Origin: Octopus sinensis
Lineage: Eukaryota
DNA: 64,000 bases
Assembly: GCF_006345805.1 (NCBI RefSeq)
Contig: NC_042998.1
Coordinates: forward strand, 127,100,001 to 127,164,000
Reading direction: 5' to 3'
Below the pieces are notes generated by a model. The model worked only from the letters and a program-made list of their open reading frames with translations. It ran no database searches and was not told the origin of the DNA. This document shows positions 40,533-54,269 of the stretch, piece after piece. The first letter of the stretch is position 1, and every line of letters starts with the position of its first letter. The position numbers and the translations under genes are program-made.

Positions 40533-41109
40533 CACACACATGCATATAAATGGTGTGTATGTGAAAGTGTGTGTTATTGCGAATTACATGTTGCCATGCA
40601 TATAGTTCAGAATTCTTTTGACCACGCAAATTCAGTGCCTACATAATAACAATCTACTACTACTAGTAATAATAATAATAATAATAACAATAATAATAAT
40701 AATAATAATCATAATAATAATAATAATAATAATAACAATAAAAACAATAATAGTTGCAGATTTTGCCACAAGGGCAATAATTTTGGGGAAAGGGATGAGT
40801 CGATTTCACTGACTCCAGTGTTTAACTTGTACTTATTTTATCGACCTCGAAATGAACTCAGAACGTAGCGACAGGTGAAAAATAATAATGACAATAATAA
40901 ATGCGCTGGTGCTGGATCAGGCACTGGCTCTCATGGCTTCTGATCTTAACTGATTGGAAGTATTATCATGAACATGTCTTGGTATAAAAGAATGGGCTAC
41001 AGTAAATATTCTGCTCAATACCACAGATTTTCTTGTCAGTTGTTTGACTTTAACCAGTTGAGCATGTCCCTTGGTGCTGATGATATATGCATCTCTGATC
41101 TCTCACTCA

Positions 41110-41277
<168 letters not shown>

Positions 41278-41289
41278 TGCTAACGCCCG

Positions 41290-41850
41290 TTGAAAACCAC
41301 GGGAAACGTAAGAAGCTTCATATATTATGAAGGAGGGAAAAAAATTGCTAGTGAGTATATGCATCATACCCAGGTTGAACAGCAAGATGGAAATGCGGCA
41401 ACTGTAGTTGCAAAGAAGGTGAAATCAATAGCAAAGTAAAATGGGTTTGAACAATTAGCTGATTGATGAGAACAAAAGTCTCTGCATGGCAAATATGCGG
41501 CCCGTACCAAACAAGCTGATGTAGACCAGAAGCCCGCCCATCAGTGGCTACGGAGCTCAGGGCTAAAAGCAGAGAGTGAAGGCTTTATCTGGGTTGCTCA
41601 AGATGAGAAATTATTGACCCGGAATTATCATGTCAATGAGATGAAAAATGGAGTTGACGCAAAGTGCTGATACTGCGTAGATGGAATTGAAACACTGGAC
41701 CACTTAATCTCTGGGTGGAATGTTTTAGCACCTGTAGAATACAAATCAAGACATGGAAAACTTGGCCAATATCTACACAGGATAATGTGTCAGCATTATA
41801 AAATCAAAACTGCTGACAAATAGTACAAGCACCACCTTAAGGTTGTAACT
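41290..41850 (+). mobile_element. R4/Dong-type fragment (linker to zinc-knuckle region)
   Basis: KSLHGKYA..HQWLRSSGLKAESEGFIWVAQD..TRNY..ETLDHLISG..EYKSRH, homologous to ORF 50550..51095. Confidence 0.8.
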
Positions 41851-41889
41851 GCGAAAATCTAAATTTTTCTATGTGGTGAAAAAAATTAG

Positions 41890-42490
41890 AAAACGACAAC
41901 ATTCCAACAAAATGTCTACTTGGCAAGAGCGTATTCAACACCAAATTCAGCTACTTAGGTCTGACATAGAATGTTTAAAAAACCTTAAGTTTCACAAAAC
42001 TATCAAATCAACAAAAACCCGAAAATTAAAGAAATAATATAAGATGAAAATCATATTTGACATCGACACCACCATAGAAACCATCAAGCAAAAGCTATGT
42101 GCTAAAGCTGCCCGCATAGCAAGACATAAACAGCGCGTTAGATTCTTCAAGGACAACAACATGTTAAAAAATAACCCCCAAAAACTTTTCAAGAAGATAG
42201 AGAAAATACCAGTTTCAGTAAAGTCTGTCCCATCAAAAGAAGTGCAGGAATTTTGGTATAAAATTTGGGAAGAAGAAAAAACACAATGAAAAGGCTTCTT
42301 GGATTAATAGAATATTTACAGACTTAAACTCCTTAGAAAAGCAAAAGTGCGTGGGTATCAAGATAGAGGACTTAAGATCTGTTCTCAGGAAGTCAAGCAA
42401 ATTGAAGTCTCCAGGAAATGATAAAATTCGTAACTTCTGGTTGAATGCCTTCCCCAAAAGCCACGAACTGCTAACAAACTTTACAACAAC
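41890..42490 (+). mobile_element. R4/Dong-type fragment (pre-RT region)
   Basis: IKQKLCAKAARIARHKQRVRFFKDNNMLKNNPQKLFK..FWYKIWEEEKTHNEKASWI..KSPGNDKIRNFWLN. Confidence 0.8.
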
Positions 42491-42719
42491 ATTTCGTTTT
42501 GGGATTTGGTTTGCAAGACTCTTTATGTGAGTTCGTGTGTTGAAGGATATTCTGTTGTGTCTGGGGAGAGTCATTTTCTTTTTGTGCCTTATAATTTAAC
42601 ACACTTACTGGTAAAATTTCCACTTATTACTTATTTTTATTTTCCTAAACTTTTTGTTGCATCTTGCAAACTATTCAATAGTCTTGACTCTGTCCGTTAT
42701 TTACACTGCGTTCCCTTTT

Positions 42720-44830
42720 GTCCTCTTGGCTACTTAATGGTATAACATTCCTACTTCCAAAAAATCAAGAAACAAATGAACCAAATAATATAGACCAATA
42801 ACCTGCTTAAGAACAATATATAAAATGCTAACATCTGTTTTGACTGAATATACCAATAGTTTTTTAATAGAAAGTGGCAGATTCCCTAATGAGAAAAATA
42901 ATGTAAACGGGGGTCCTATGGTTGTAAATTTCAACTACTCATCAATAAGATTATCACAAAATCTTGTCGATAGCCCGAATAAATTATGAAAAAGCTTTTA
43001 ATAGTCTACCACATAGCTGAATTAAGAAATGTATAAAATAGCACCTTCTCTGCGAAACTTCTTGGATAAAATGCTGGAGATGTAACAATTTCATGTAACA
43101 TTTTCCAGTGTGACTCTCTATCACAAATCTCCTCTTAATACCTCCCTGAAGATGTACAATACGGTTATAAAATGTTTGATAAAGTTATAGATCATCTTAT
43201 TTACATGGATGATTTAAGCTCTTTGCGAAAATTGACCAACAAATCAAGGGCTTACAAGTGATGAGATCAGGATGCAATTTATCAAAGGAAACTAACAGAA
43301 ACATCCAAAGTTAATCTTGACCTTCGGAATGTCATAAAGGAATTAGAACCAGCGGAGAGCTACAAATTCCTAGGGGACGAAATCAAATATTCAGTGATAA
43401 TGGAAAGGATCAGAAGAGAATGTTATCGCAGGGTAAGGACAATACTGAAAACAGAGCTGAATGCAAGAAACAGGATCGAAGCGATCAATAATTTAGCCAT
43501 ACCAATAGTGACTTACAGTTTCAATATTATTAACTGGTCAATTACTGACATATGTAATCTTGACAGAAAAATACGAAAATTGTTGACAATGCATAGAATG
43601 CACCACCCTGAGGCAAATATAGAACGACCTGCCAAGAAAAGAGAATGGCCGTAGACTTTTACAAATGGAATTAACAATGAAGATTGACACAATTAGCCGA
43701 AAAACTCTGATGACTGGATGTTAAAACTTGTCTCAAAGCATGAAAACAGGAAAGCATCATACTCAGTAACAAAACAGGCAAAGGCATATCTAAGTGAATT
43801 CCAAATACAAAAAATTTCAGAAGTAGACGTACTAGAAACAAGCACAAAAAATGCTAAGCGCATGAAAATCCGTGCTAAAACTGCTGCCTTAGATATTCTG
43901 ACTGATAAATGGCAAGAAAAGCCTCTCAATGGCAAATACCCAAAGAGAGCTAATAATGCCGATGTTGACAAAGCCCTTGCCCATCAATAGCTAATGGCCT
44001 CTGGCTTAAAATCTGAAACAGAAGGGTTTATTATAGCAGCTCAAGATCAATGCCTACCTACAAAGAATTACCAGGCCAACATATTAAAGAACGGTAGCTT
44101 CCCAACATGGCGTGTATGTTAACAACAAAATGAAACCATTGATCATGTTGTCTCCAAGTGCAGTCATCTTGCGCCTACAGAGTATCTCAACAGGCATGAT
44201 AGAGCTGCACAAGATATTCACTGGGTAATTTGCAAAAAGCTGGACTTACCCCCATGATAAAAACTGGTGGGGACACAAACCACCTCCAGTGCTTGAAAAC
44301 GATCACATCTCATTCCTCTGGAACTTCGCCATTCAAACTGATAGAATGATAGATGCAAATAGGCCAGACATCATATCGAAAGTCTTCAGACAAAAATCAT
44401 ACCTCTTCATTGATATGACCGTCCCAACCGATATAAACGTATCAGTCAAGACCTACCAAAAACTGAGCAAGTATAAAGATCTTGAAGTAGAAATTAGCAA
44501 AATGTGGAACCTGAAGACTAAAACAATACCTGTTGTCATAGGTATGATAGCAAAAGGGGCTGAGTGCTACCCCGCTAAGATACCAGGAAACCCCAAAATG
44601 GCAGAATTTTAAAAGATAGTGCCCATGGGAACTGTCCATATCCTACTTAATATACATGTAATCTCAAATTTTAAAACATACTCATAATTTTCTTATGTTT
44701 TCTTAAACATTCTCTAGAACAATACTGTGTGCAAAACCTAATATGAGATACCCTTCTAAATTATTGTTTCTTGAGGTCTCTGGGCGAGACTTGGAGCCAA
44801 CTTGTACGAATACAAAGCAAAAGTCACATA
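42720..44830 (+). mobile_element. R4/Dong-type element, 5'-truncated, RT plus CCHC plus RLE endonuclease and 3' UTR
   Basis: HLIYMDDL, YYRRVR-like RECYRRVRTILKTELNARNRIEAIN, KWQEKPLNGKY, NRPDII..IDMTVPTDINVSVKTYQKLSKYKDL. Ends in a (GAA)/(TAG)/(GAA) tract at 44823-44958. Confidence 0.9.
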
Positions 44831-44865
44831 CAAGAAGAAAAAGAAGGAGAAGAAGAAGAAGAGGA

Positions 44866-44906
<41 letters not shown>

Positions 44907-44959
44907 AGAAGAAGAAGAAGAAGAAGAAGAAGAAGAAGAAGAAGAAGAAGAAGAAAAAG

Positions 44960-47950
44960 ATGCTGGAATGAACTCTATCTCAAAAGAAAAACGAACTACC
45001 AGGTAACCAGGATAATCCAAACGCTAGACCTGTAGTGGCACTACCAAAAACACCACCTTAAGCAAAACGCATAAAATAGAATAGAGAGGAATATAGAGAT
45101 GTATTGAAAGCTTTCTATACAGCCCAACTAAGCCCAAATCATGCCTCATATAAATTAAGTAATGAGATTAATAATTAAAGGTTAACTAACGTTGAAATTA
45201 GCCAAATTTGTACACGAATATCCCATGGTAGACCACGAAAAAACAGCAACAAGGCAGATGAAATAGGTAGCGGATGCACAGAATCCAGTGTACGAGCAGA
45301 AAATCTCAACGAGGAAACTGAAGAAAAAATAGCGAAGAACAGATATGCAGAAAAAGAGGAGAAATTAGACCTACGTCAAGAACACTAGAATAGATATGGC
45401 ACAGAATTGAGGTGAATAATAAAGAGATCATAGAAGTAAAAGAAGATATTATGAGAGGACTCAGCAAAATTGAGTTTACTGGGATGACCTATAGAGAACC
45501 GCTGCCAAAGCTCACAAACAGCATAAAAAAATAACAACATAATCACGATATATGATATAGCTCTTAGACAGATCTTAAGAAATAAGTGAAAGGACCTAAT
45601 AACCTTAAATACCCTCATCTATTCAACTGCTAAAGTTGTAACTACACAATTAGGTATCAGGACGACAGAGAAAAGGACCGACCATGTCAATGGACATCCT
45701 AAGTGGAAAGTAGCAATACAAGAAGAGATCGAATTTTTGCAGGCGGATGTATCAGTTCTCGATGAACATGCTACAGGAGTAAACTTTAAGATGAAACGAG
45801 CAAGAAAAAAATCAAACCGAAATATAAAATTAAGGATTTTATAAACCTTCCTGAAACCAAGGAACTTGTGAAACAACGAATGCAATTGAAATCAAATTTT
45901 GTCGACAAAATCAGGTATTCAAGATGGATGCAAAAAAAGTTTACAGGGAAATTGGCAAAAGCAAGATAGAAGTACAGGAGCCGCCTAAGAGTGGGAAAAT
46001 TGATGAGTTCTGGAGCAACAAAAAAGAATATAATGCTGAAGCTCACAGGATAGACTGTGAGAAAGTGAGACTGGATCAAGTTGAAGAGTAGAAATGGGAG
46101 GCAATAGGATTAGAAGAGCTAAGACGTATTCTTAGGCAGTGTCACAAATGGATAACCTCAGGACTGGACCGGATGCCTAACTCCTGGCTGAATTGTTTGA
46201 CTGAAGTATACCAACATTTTGCTACATCCCTAACTGATGTCATCCAGAACCCAGAGCAAATATCTGCCCAGCTGACCGAAGGAACAACGTACCTTCTACC
46301 AAAAACTGAAGTTACGAAAAATCCAAAGAACTACCGACCAATTACATGTTTCAACACCACCTAAAAAATCATCACGTCTATACTAACTGAAAGAATACAG
46401 ACTTTCCTTGAACAGAACTCTATTCTTCCACAGACTCAAAAAGATTATGAAAGGAATTCTCATGGACGCAAAGATCAATTACACATAAAAAGATTGTAGA
46501 GAATTGCCGGAGCAACAAGAATAACCTGATTAAGGCATGGAGAGACCACAAGAAATCATTCGATAGTGCCCCGCATAATTGACTCCTCAAGGCCCTTGGA
46601 ATATACACGATCTCTCCTGTCATCTCCAAATTCTTACAAGGTAGCATGGCCAAGTGAAATACTCATCTCCTTCTAAACCATAGTAATGGGATGAGTCAAT
46701 CTAACAACATCAACTTCAAACGAAGTATCTTTCCATGTGACTCCCTCTCCCAATTACTCTTTTGCGTGGCACTGATCCCACACTCAAACGAATTACATAA
46801 CGCTAGGTATGGGTCAAAAATGTATAATATTATAGTAAACTATCTGTTTTATATGGACGATCTGAAGTTGTTTGCTAAAATTACAAAGAGCTAGTAGGGC
46901 TGTTAACAACTGTTTAAAGAGTTCAGCAATGATATCGGGGTGGATTTTGGCCCAGATAAGTGTGCTAAAACAACTTCTGTAAGAGGAAAGCTCAAGCAAA
47001 CAGCTTCGGTTAAATTAGATACTGACACTACCATCAAGGAACTTGACCCACAAGAAAGCCATAAATACCTGGGGATAACCGAAGGAGACGGCATACAATA
47101 TGCTACTATGAAGGAAAAAATAGGAGAGGAGTATCACAGAAGAATACACCTCATACTAAAAATTGAACTCAGCTCCAACAATCACATTGAAGCCATTAAC
47201 ACCCTAGCACGTCCAGTAGTTCAATACAATTTTAACATCATTAACTGAAATCTTACAGAACTCCAACGCCTGGCCAGGAAGACAACATCTAAGACCATGC
47301 ACCAGCCAAAAGCAGACGTTGTCTGGATGCTGCGGCTTGTAACCCTGAATTAGATGAAGAACCTGAAATCACTGCCTCGCAAAGAGCAAAACGGATCGAA
47401 CAGACTGCAAAAAAAAGCGGGCAGAAACAAATTTAGGGGCAGTGGAGCCAGAAGCCTCTGTATGGTCTGTATATACTTCAAAGCCGAATTGCTCATGTAT
47501 ACCAAGCAACAACTTATCTGACTGAGAAGCTCAGGACTGAAAGCATAGACTAAATGTTTTATATTGGCGTCAAAGGTCAAAGCTTGCTTACCAAACACTA
47601 CCACGCTAATGTTCTTCAGAAAGATTCTGACCCGAAATGCAGATTCTGGGATACATTTGATGAAACAATAGACCATCTCGTCTCGTGATGTCATGTGCTA
47701 ACAGCAAACAAATGCAAAAATCGGCACGATAGTGTAGGACAGTATTTATATTGGAAAATATGCAAACACTACAAAATCAGCACTCCTGCTTATTGGTATG
47801 AATATCATCCTGAACCAGTCGTTGAAGGTAAAAATGTCACTACGCTCTGGGATTTTCCTGTCATCAACGACAGAACGATCCAAGCTAATCGACCAGACAT
47901 AGTCATTAAAGAGTGAGAAGAAAATACTTGTAGACTGGTTGTGTCTCGCC
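44960..47950 (+). mobile_element. R4/Dong-type element, near full span but heavily decayed
   Basis: REEYRDVLKAFYTA N-terminus, PKNYRPITC, YLFYMDDLKLF, ESHKYLGITE, CKNRHDSVGQYLYWKIC and NRPDIVIKE. Confidence 0.9.
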
Positions 47951-48034
47951 GAGTTATTGTAACAAACACGCAGATTAGATAATCAAAGATAATAGCCCTT
48001 TCTACTATAGGCAGAAGGTCGGAAATTGAAGGAG

Positions 48035-48205
48035 GGGGATAGTCAATTATATCGACCACAGTACTCAACTGGTACTTTTTCATCGATCTCGAAAGGATGA
48101 AAGGCAAAGTCGACCTCGGCGGAATTTGAACTCAGAACGAAGCGGCAGACGAATTACCGCTAAGCATTTCACCCATCGTGCTAACAATTCTGCCAGCTCG
48201 CCGAA
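48035..48205 (-). mobile_element. SINE, second family (well preserved)
   Basis: gtcaattatatcgaccacagtactcaactggtact..gaaaggatgaaaggcaaagtcgacctcggcggaatttgaactcagaac..gtgctaacaattctgccagctcgcc. Confidence 0.8.
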
Positions 48206-48992
48206 AAATGATAATGGTTTCTAACATATAAAGAAGGCTTCATAATTTTGTGGCGGAGTGATCTCAATGAAATCGATCCTAGTATATTTGACTGGCACGC
48301 ATACTATCGACGACTCAGAAGTACGAGAAGCCAAGCCATGTGCGGAGAGATGCAAGATACGGAAGTAAAAAAAATGAATTCAAAACAAACATTGTAATAA
48401 ACTACAAACAACTATGATAAACTCTCTAAAATATTCTAAATATTTCAGCTTATTATAGTATTCATTTAGTTATAATTTACAACCATTAGGATTGACAATG
48501 TTTCCGATAAACAAATGTGAATCGGTTACTAATGAAAACTTATTTGTATAATTACTCTCCAGTCTGTGGCCACAAAAGACATCATGTTTGAAACACACGG
48601 AGGATTATATTGATTGCAATAGAAATTAAATGAAATTTTGTCAAAGAAACTCTATTTGTACCAATAAATCAATTTCTTTAAAAGCAACTTATTGTCTCAA
48701 AAAGTATCTGACAGATATTTTGTAAGAAATCTATTATATCACTTCCATCCTAATACAATGACTAGAGGAATGACAATAAAATTTTAGTCTGAAGATGTAC
48801 GGATATAGATCACACATCCACTACCACCTAAACGACTTTAACACGGTTACAATGAAATCGGCGACCAGTCGTCAGTAAAACTATGAATAGCACTAATTTT
48901 CGAATTACAAATTACACGCGCACAGACACGGATACAAAGACACAGGCGCGCAAACACACACAACCAAACATATCCACGTATGCTTTCATAGA

Positions 48993-49058
<66 letters not shown>

Positions 49059-49173
49059 CATATATACACATACACACACACGTATATATATATATATATA
49101 TATATGTATATGTGTGTGTGTGTGTGTGTATGTGTGTGTGTATGTATATATCTATGTATATATACATACATAC

Positions 49174-49239
<66 letters not shown>

Positions 49240-49559
49240 AGTATAGCTTATGAAAAGGCTTATAAGGCTTCCTGGACCAATGTGGCTTCGTCTTTATATT
49301 TTATCACCAGCAAGCAATCGGCAAACATTACTGGCGACAAAATTGTTCATTATATGGAGATTTACACGATGCAAAGTTAAAAATATAATAATCCAACTCG
49401 AAGAAGCTTTTAAGAAAATATAGGTAAACCATCGCAATGAATATATTTTTCTAATATGGATAGTTTAGTGAGAACAGTGTCGTGTATAAATTTAGAATAA
49501 CCAGCTAAATAATTACCATTTGAACACTGGCGTCGATGTAATCTACTAAAGAGAACCCC

Positions 49560-50122
49560 TCTTTATCATAGATTTTATTGGAGCTCCTAGAGTGTTGCAT
49601 GCGTAGTGGGCTTACTACCTGCAGCCTATGGTACCATGCTATTCGCTCTTTTCACCTATCTAATACTTTCCTGATTATTTTGGCCGTGTCAAGGAGACAA
49701 ATCTTTTGTTCTACTGGGCACATTATTCTAATTTCCTTTATATTCCACTTGATACCTTATGATACTGTTCCCAAAGACCCAAAAATAATTATCACTATCT
49801 TCACCTTCATTTTCTATAGCCTGTGTATTTCGTACTTAAGAGAGTTGTATCTATCTATCTTTTCGCCTTCCTTGTCGACTATTCGTGGGTCAAAGGGGCA
49901 TGCAACATCAGCTATATAGCATATGTAGTGTACCTTGTTCATCAACACTAGGTCCGATCTGTTATACTCTAGCACATGATCTGTTTGTATTGGGAAATCC
50001 CAGCGGATTTTGTCAGCATCCGAATCTGCTACTCTCTGCAGTTTGTGCTCATATCACGTCTTGCCTCTCTCTAGCACCCACTTTTCGCACAGTTTCCAAA
50101 GTAGCACTTTGTATTCTCCACA

Positions 50123-50123
<1 letters not shown>
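49560..50123 (-). mobile_element. R4/Dong-type 3' fragment (RLE domain), a different subfamily
   Basis: Manual translation (not in the ORF track): LWKLCEKW..IRWDFPIQTDHVLEYNRSDLVL..IADVACPFDPRIVDKEGEKIDRYNSLKYEI..EQKICLLDTAKIIRKVL. Confidence 0.8.
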
Positions 50124-50186
<63 letters not shown>

Positions 50187-50280
50187 TAGTTTTATTTTTA
50201 TAGCGTGCTTTCACTTCACTACCGAGCGCAGCTCTGTGTGCCTTGGGTATGTGCTGTGATTTGTTGTGATGCTCTGATGG

Positions 50281-53200
50281 TTATTGTATGGAAAGTGTTC
50301 TGCGTAGGATGTGTGCAGTGCCTAGTAGTGCAATTTTCTGTATGTTATATGTGTTTGTAAGTCCTGGTGTTTTTGTTATGTATTTGTCTGAATATTTTTT
50401 TATCATGCCTAATGCACCTACTATGATAGGAATTGTTTCTGTTTTCAGATTCCACATTCTAGTTACCTCTATTTCCAGGTCTTTGTATTTTGAGAGTTTC
50501 TCCATTTCTTTTAGAGACACGTTGTCATCTGCCGGTATTGATACATCAATTAGAAAGCATTTTTTTCTTCATGATCTCTGACAACTATATCTGGTCTGTT
50601 GGCCTTAATTTCTCTATCTGTGTGTATCGGCATATCCCAGAGTATGGTTGCTTTATCGTTTTCTGTGACCTTTTCTGGTGTGTGCCTATACCATCTTTTT
50701 TCTGTTGTTATTCCATAATGTTGGCATAGCTTCCAATGTATGTAGGTTCCAACTCTGTCATGTCTATGAATATATTCCTTCTTGGCCAGGACTGGGCAGC
50801 TAGAGATAATATGATTTATTGTTTCTTGTCCATCTCCACATATTCTGCAGTTACTTGTAATATTTCTTTTCATTACATGTTTTTGGTAATTTCTGGTGGG
50901 GAGGCTTTGGTCTTGTGCTGCAATTAAAAATCCCTCTGTCTCTGCTTTGAGTCCTGAGCTTCTCAACCATTGCTGGGATTTTTCTTTGTCTATTTCTTTT
51001 GCGTTTAGTTTAGTGCAGTATTTACCATGAAGGGGCTTTTCTTGCCATCGTTTTATCATGGTTCGTTGTGTTCTATTTTTAGTTTTGGATTTCATTTGTT
51101 TTATAGCTTTTGTTGTTTCTTCATCATCTTCTTCTTCTTTCTTCTTCTTCTTCTTCTTCTTCTTCTTCTTCTTCTGTTCTTCTTCTTCTTCTTTCTTCTT
51201 CTTCTTCTTCTTCTTCTTCTTCTTCTTCTTCTTCTTCTTCTTCTTCTTTCTTCTTCTTCTTCTTCTTCTTCTTCTTCTTCTTCTTCTTCGTGTTTATTAG
51301 GTGGTATGATCTCTTGTTTGTATTTGTCAGCTTCCTTGAATACTGAGAACAGTTTTTTGTTTTGCTCGTGTTTTGCTGCTATCTGGATCAGTTTTCCTTC
51401 CTTCTGAAGTAGGTATTTTTGCAGTCCTATGGTGGTTATTTTATAGTAGTTTTCCAGCTGTATAAGGCCTCTACCACCTTCTATACGTTGTATATATAGT
51501 CTTTCTATGTCAGATTTTGGGTGATGCATCCTAGATCCTGTCATTATTTTTCTTGTTTTCCTGTCTATTTTGGTCAGTTCATTTCGTGTCCAGTTAAGGA
51601 TATTGTAGCTGTAACTTATAACTGGGACAGCTAAAGTGTTAATACCTATTATCTTGTTTTTAGCATTGAGCTCTGTTTTTAGTATTGATCTAACTCGTCT
51701 ATAATATTCTTTTTTTATTTTCTCTTTCATTTGTGTGTGTTGTGTCTTATCTAGTTCATGGATTCCTAAGTATTTGTAAGTTTGGCTTTGGTCTAATTCT
51801 TTTATTTCATTGGTTTTATCTAGTGTGATGTTGTTACTCTTAACTAGTTTTCCTTTTTTCATGGTTACTTTGGCGCATTTTTCTAATCCAAATTTCATAT
51901 CTATTTCTTTGGTAAATCCATGAACTGTCTTTAATAGTGTTTCCAGCTGTTTGTCATTTGTAGCGTATAGTTTTAGGTCATCCATATATAACAGGTGACT
52001 GATCGTTTTGCCGTAACATTTATATCCGCATCCAGTTCTATTTAGCATATCAGATAGAGGTGACAGTGCCAAGCAGAAAAGGAGTGGAGAGAGCGTGTCT
52101 CCCTGGAATATTCCTCTTCTAATGGGGATGTCTTTGGTTTTCATGAGTCCCTCTTTTGTTTGGAGGTGTAGGACTGTTTGCCATTTATTCATAGAGTGCT
52201 CTATGAATTTTATGATTGTTGGTGCTACTTTGTTAATGGCTAGTGTTTCGAGGATCCATGTGTGGGGGATGCTATCAAACGCCTTTTTGTAGTCAATCCA
52301 GGCCATACTGAGGCCTTTCTTCTTTCTGTGGCTGTCTTCAGTTACGGCTTTATTAATCATTAGTTGATCTTTACAGCCATATGATCCCTTGCGGCATCCA
52401 TTCTGCTCTTCTGGGAACAGTTTGTTTTCGTCCAGGTGCTTGTTCAACCTTTGCGATACCACTGCAGTAAATGCCTTGAACATTGTAGGGAGGCAGGTTA
52501 TTGGTCTGTAGTTTTCTGGTTTTGCTGTTTCATTTGATTTGGGAATTAAGATGGTTTTCCCCTTCGTGAACCATTCAGGCATTGTCTCTGGCTCTGCTAG
52601 TATGCTGTTAAAGTTTTCAGCCAGCTTTTTGTGCATTCCTGTTAGATATTTCAACCAGAAGTTGGGGATCTTGTCATGCCCAGGTGCCTTCCAGTTGCTT
52701 AGTTTTTGCAGTGCCTGGGTGATCTCTTCAGTTGTTATAGGGGTCCAAAGTTGTTCAGATGCCGAGTTTGTTATTTTGATATTCCTTTTTTTTGGCTGTT
52801 CTTTCGCCGACCATATTTCTCTCCAGAATTCTTCCAATTCTTCTGCCGTTGGTGCTGCAGTGACTTCTATTTTATTTTTGCCCAGTTCTTGGTAGAACTT
52901 TTTGGGGTTGGAGTTGAACTTTTTGTTCTGTTCAAAGAAGCGTTGGCGTTTCTCGTACCGGCGGATCCTTTGAGCTTTGGCAAGGATATCTTGCTTCAGC
53001 TTTTCTTTTAACTCCGGCAAATCTTTTTCTGTGATGTTATATTTGCGGAGCATTTTTGTTCTCTTTTTGTTGCTCAGTAGCGTTGATTGTTTGCTGATTT
53101 CATTAAGAATCGACAGGTCTTTTCTAATTTTTTAATTTTGTTTTGGATGTTATTTATCCACAGGTTTTGTTTGGGTGGTGATACTCCTGTTTGGGCGGGT

Positions 53201-54069
53201 TTGGGTGAGTATCCAGCTTCTTTTGTGGCTGCAGTGGCTGCTGCGTATATCAAGTCATTTAGTTCAGTGATATCACTTTTTTTGGTTTCAGTGGCTAGTT
53301 CAGTGACGGCTAGGTTTATGCTGTTTATAATTGGTGTTGTTATTTCGTTTATTTTTATTCTTGGGAGGTATGGTCGGTGGTCCATTTTGGGCTCTGTGGT
53401 TTTCAGTTCTTTGATTATTTTATTTTTTATATTATCATAATCATTAGGCTCCCCTTCGTTGTTTACATCGTGTTTGTTGGGAATGTTGCGTTTGTGTTCG
53501 TGTTTTACAGTTTCAGTGTTTATATTATTGGGCATTGTTGTGTGGCTTCTATCTACATTTTCTTGGTGTATTTTTTCTTTTAAATGTTCTATTTCTATTT
53601 CTGATATTTTTTGGGCTTTGAGAATGTATCTTCGTACGTTAGCTAATTTATTAGGGTTCGTTGCTGTATCCAAGTCTATATCTCTATTATTTTCCTTCCA
53701 TATTTTATATGTATGTGTTGTTGTATTTTCATTTTTTGGGTAGAGCATTGCTGTGAAGTATGCGTGTAAGGTAGAAATGTATTCCTCACGTGTCCATTTA
53801 CGTCTTTTGGGTTTTATTTGCGGGACATGAGGTATAACGTCCGGCCCATTATTTTGACGGTCGTCATTTTCGTAGGGTACCGGTCCGTTTATTTCTGTTG
53901 TCACATTATTTCGCACGTGTAGTTTTTCGTACATTTTTTGTTGTAAGTTCAATGTACGTACCGCTCGATTGTTATTCTTGGGTTGAATAGTATCGGTGGC
54001 ATTTAATTTCTTCGTAGTTCCTTTGTACATGGTGTTTGAGGTCGGGGATGATCGTGATGTTCCACGCAT
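50281..54069 (-). pseudogene. Single polyprotein ORF (N-terminal domain, RT, CCHC knuckle, PD-(D/E)xK RLE), broken at three places
   Basis: RT: NYRPITCLP, DYKKAFDSIPH, GIFQGDTLSPLLF, YMDDLKL, KYLG. Knuckle: CRICGDGQETINHIISSC. RLE: RHDRV, NRPDIVV, IDVSIP, KEMEKLSKYKDL. Breaks are single-A deletions at ~53130 and ~50563 and a frame-breaking GAA tract at 51118-51290. Confidence 0.95.
51118..51290 (-). repeat. (GAA)n expansion inside the retrotransposon ORF
   Basis: About 55 GAA units with a few irregular units, between PPNKH and EEDDEETTKAIKQMK. Confidence 0.95.
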
Positions 54070-54269
54070 GTTTACATGTGTTGTGTTACAGGTGGAGATA
54101 ATATCGAGTCAAAATACATCATTTCGTTTCGAAAATAGTAATAAATTTCAATTAGTATTACTTACTCGGATACAGTCCAATTCTTTGTTAGTAAATCTTT
54201 GGCTCCATAGGATGTCCTTGTTTTCGATGTTTGTGGATAGATTTTGGAGCTCTGTATTTTCCTTCTTAC

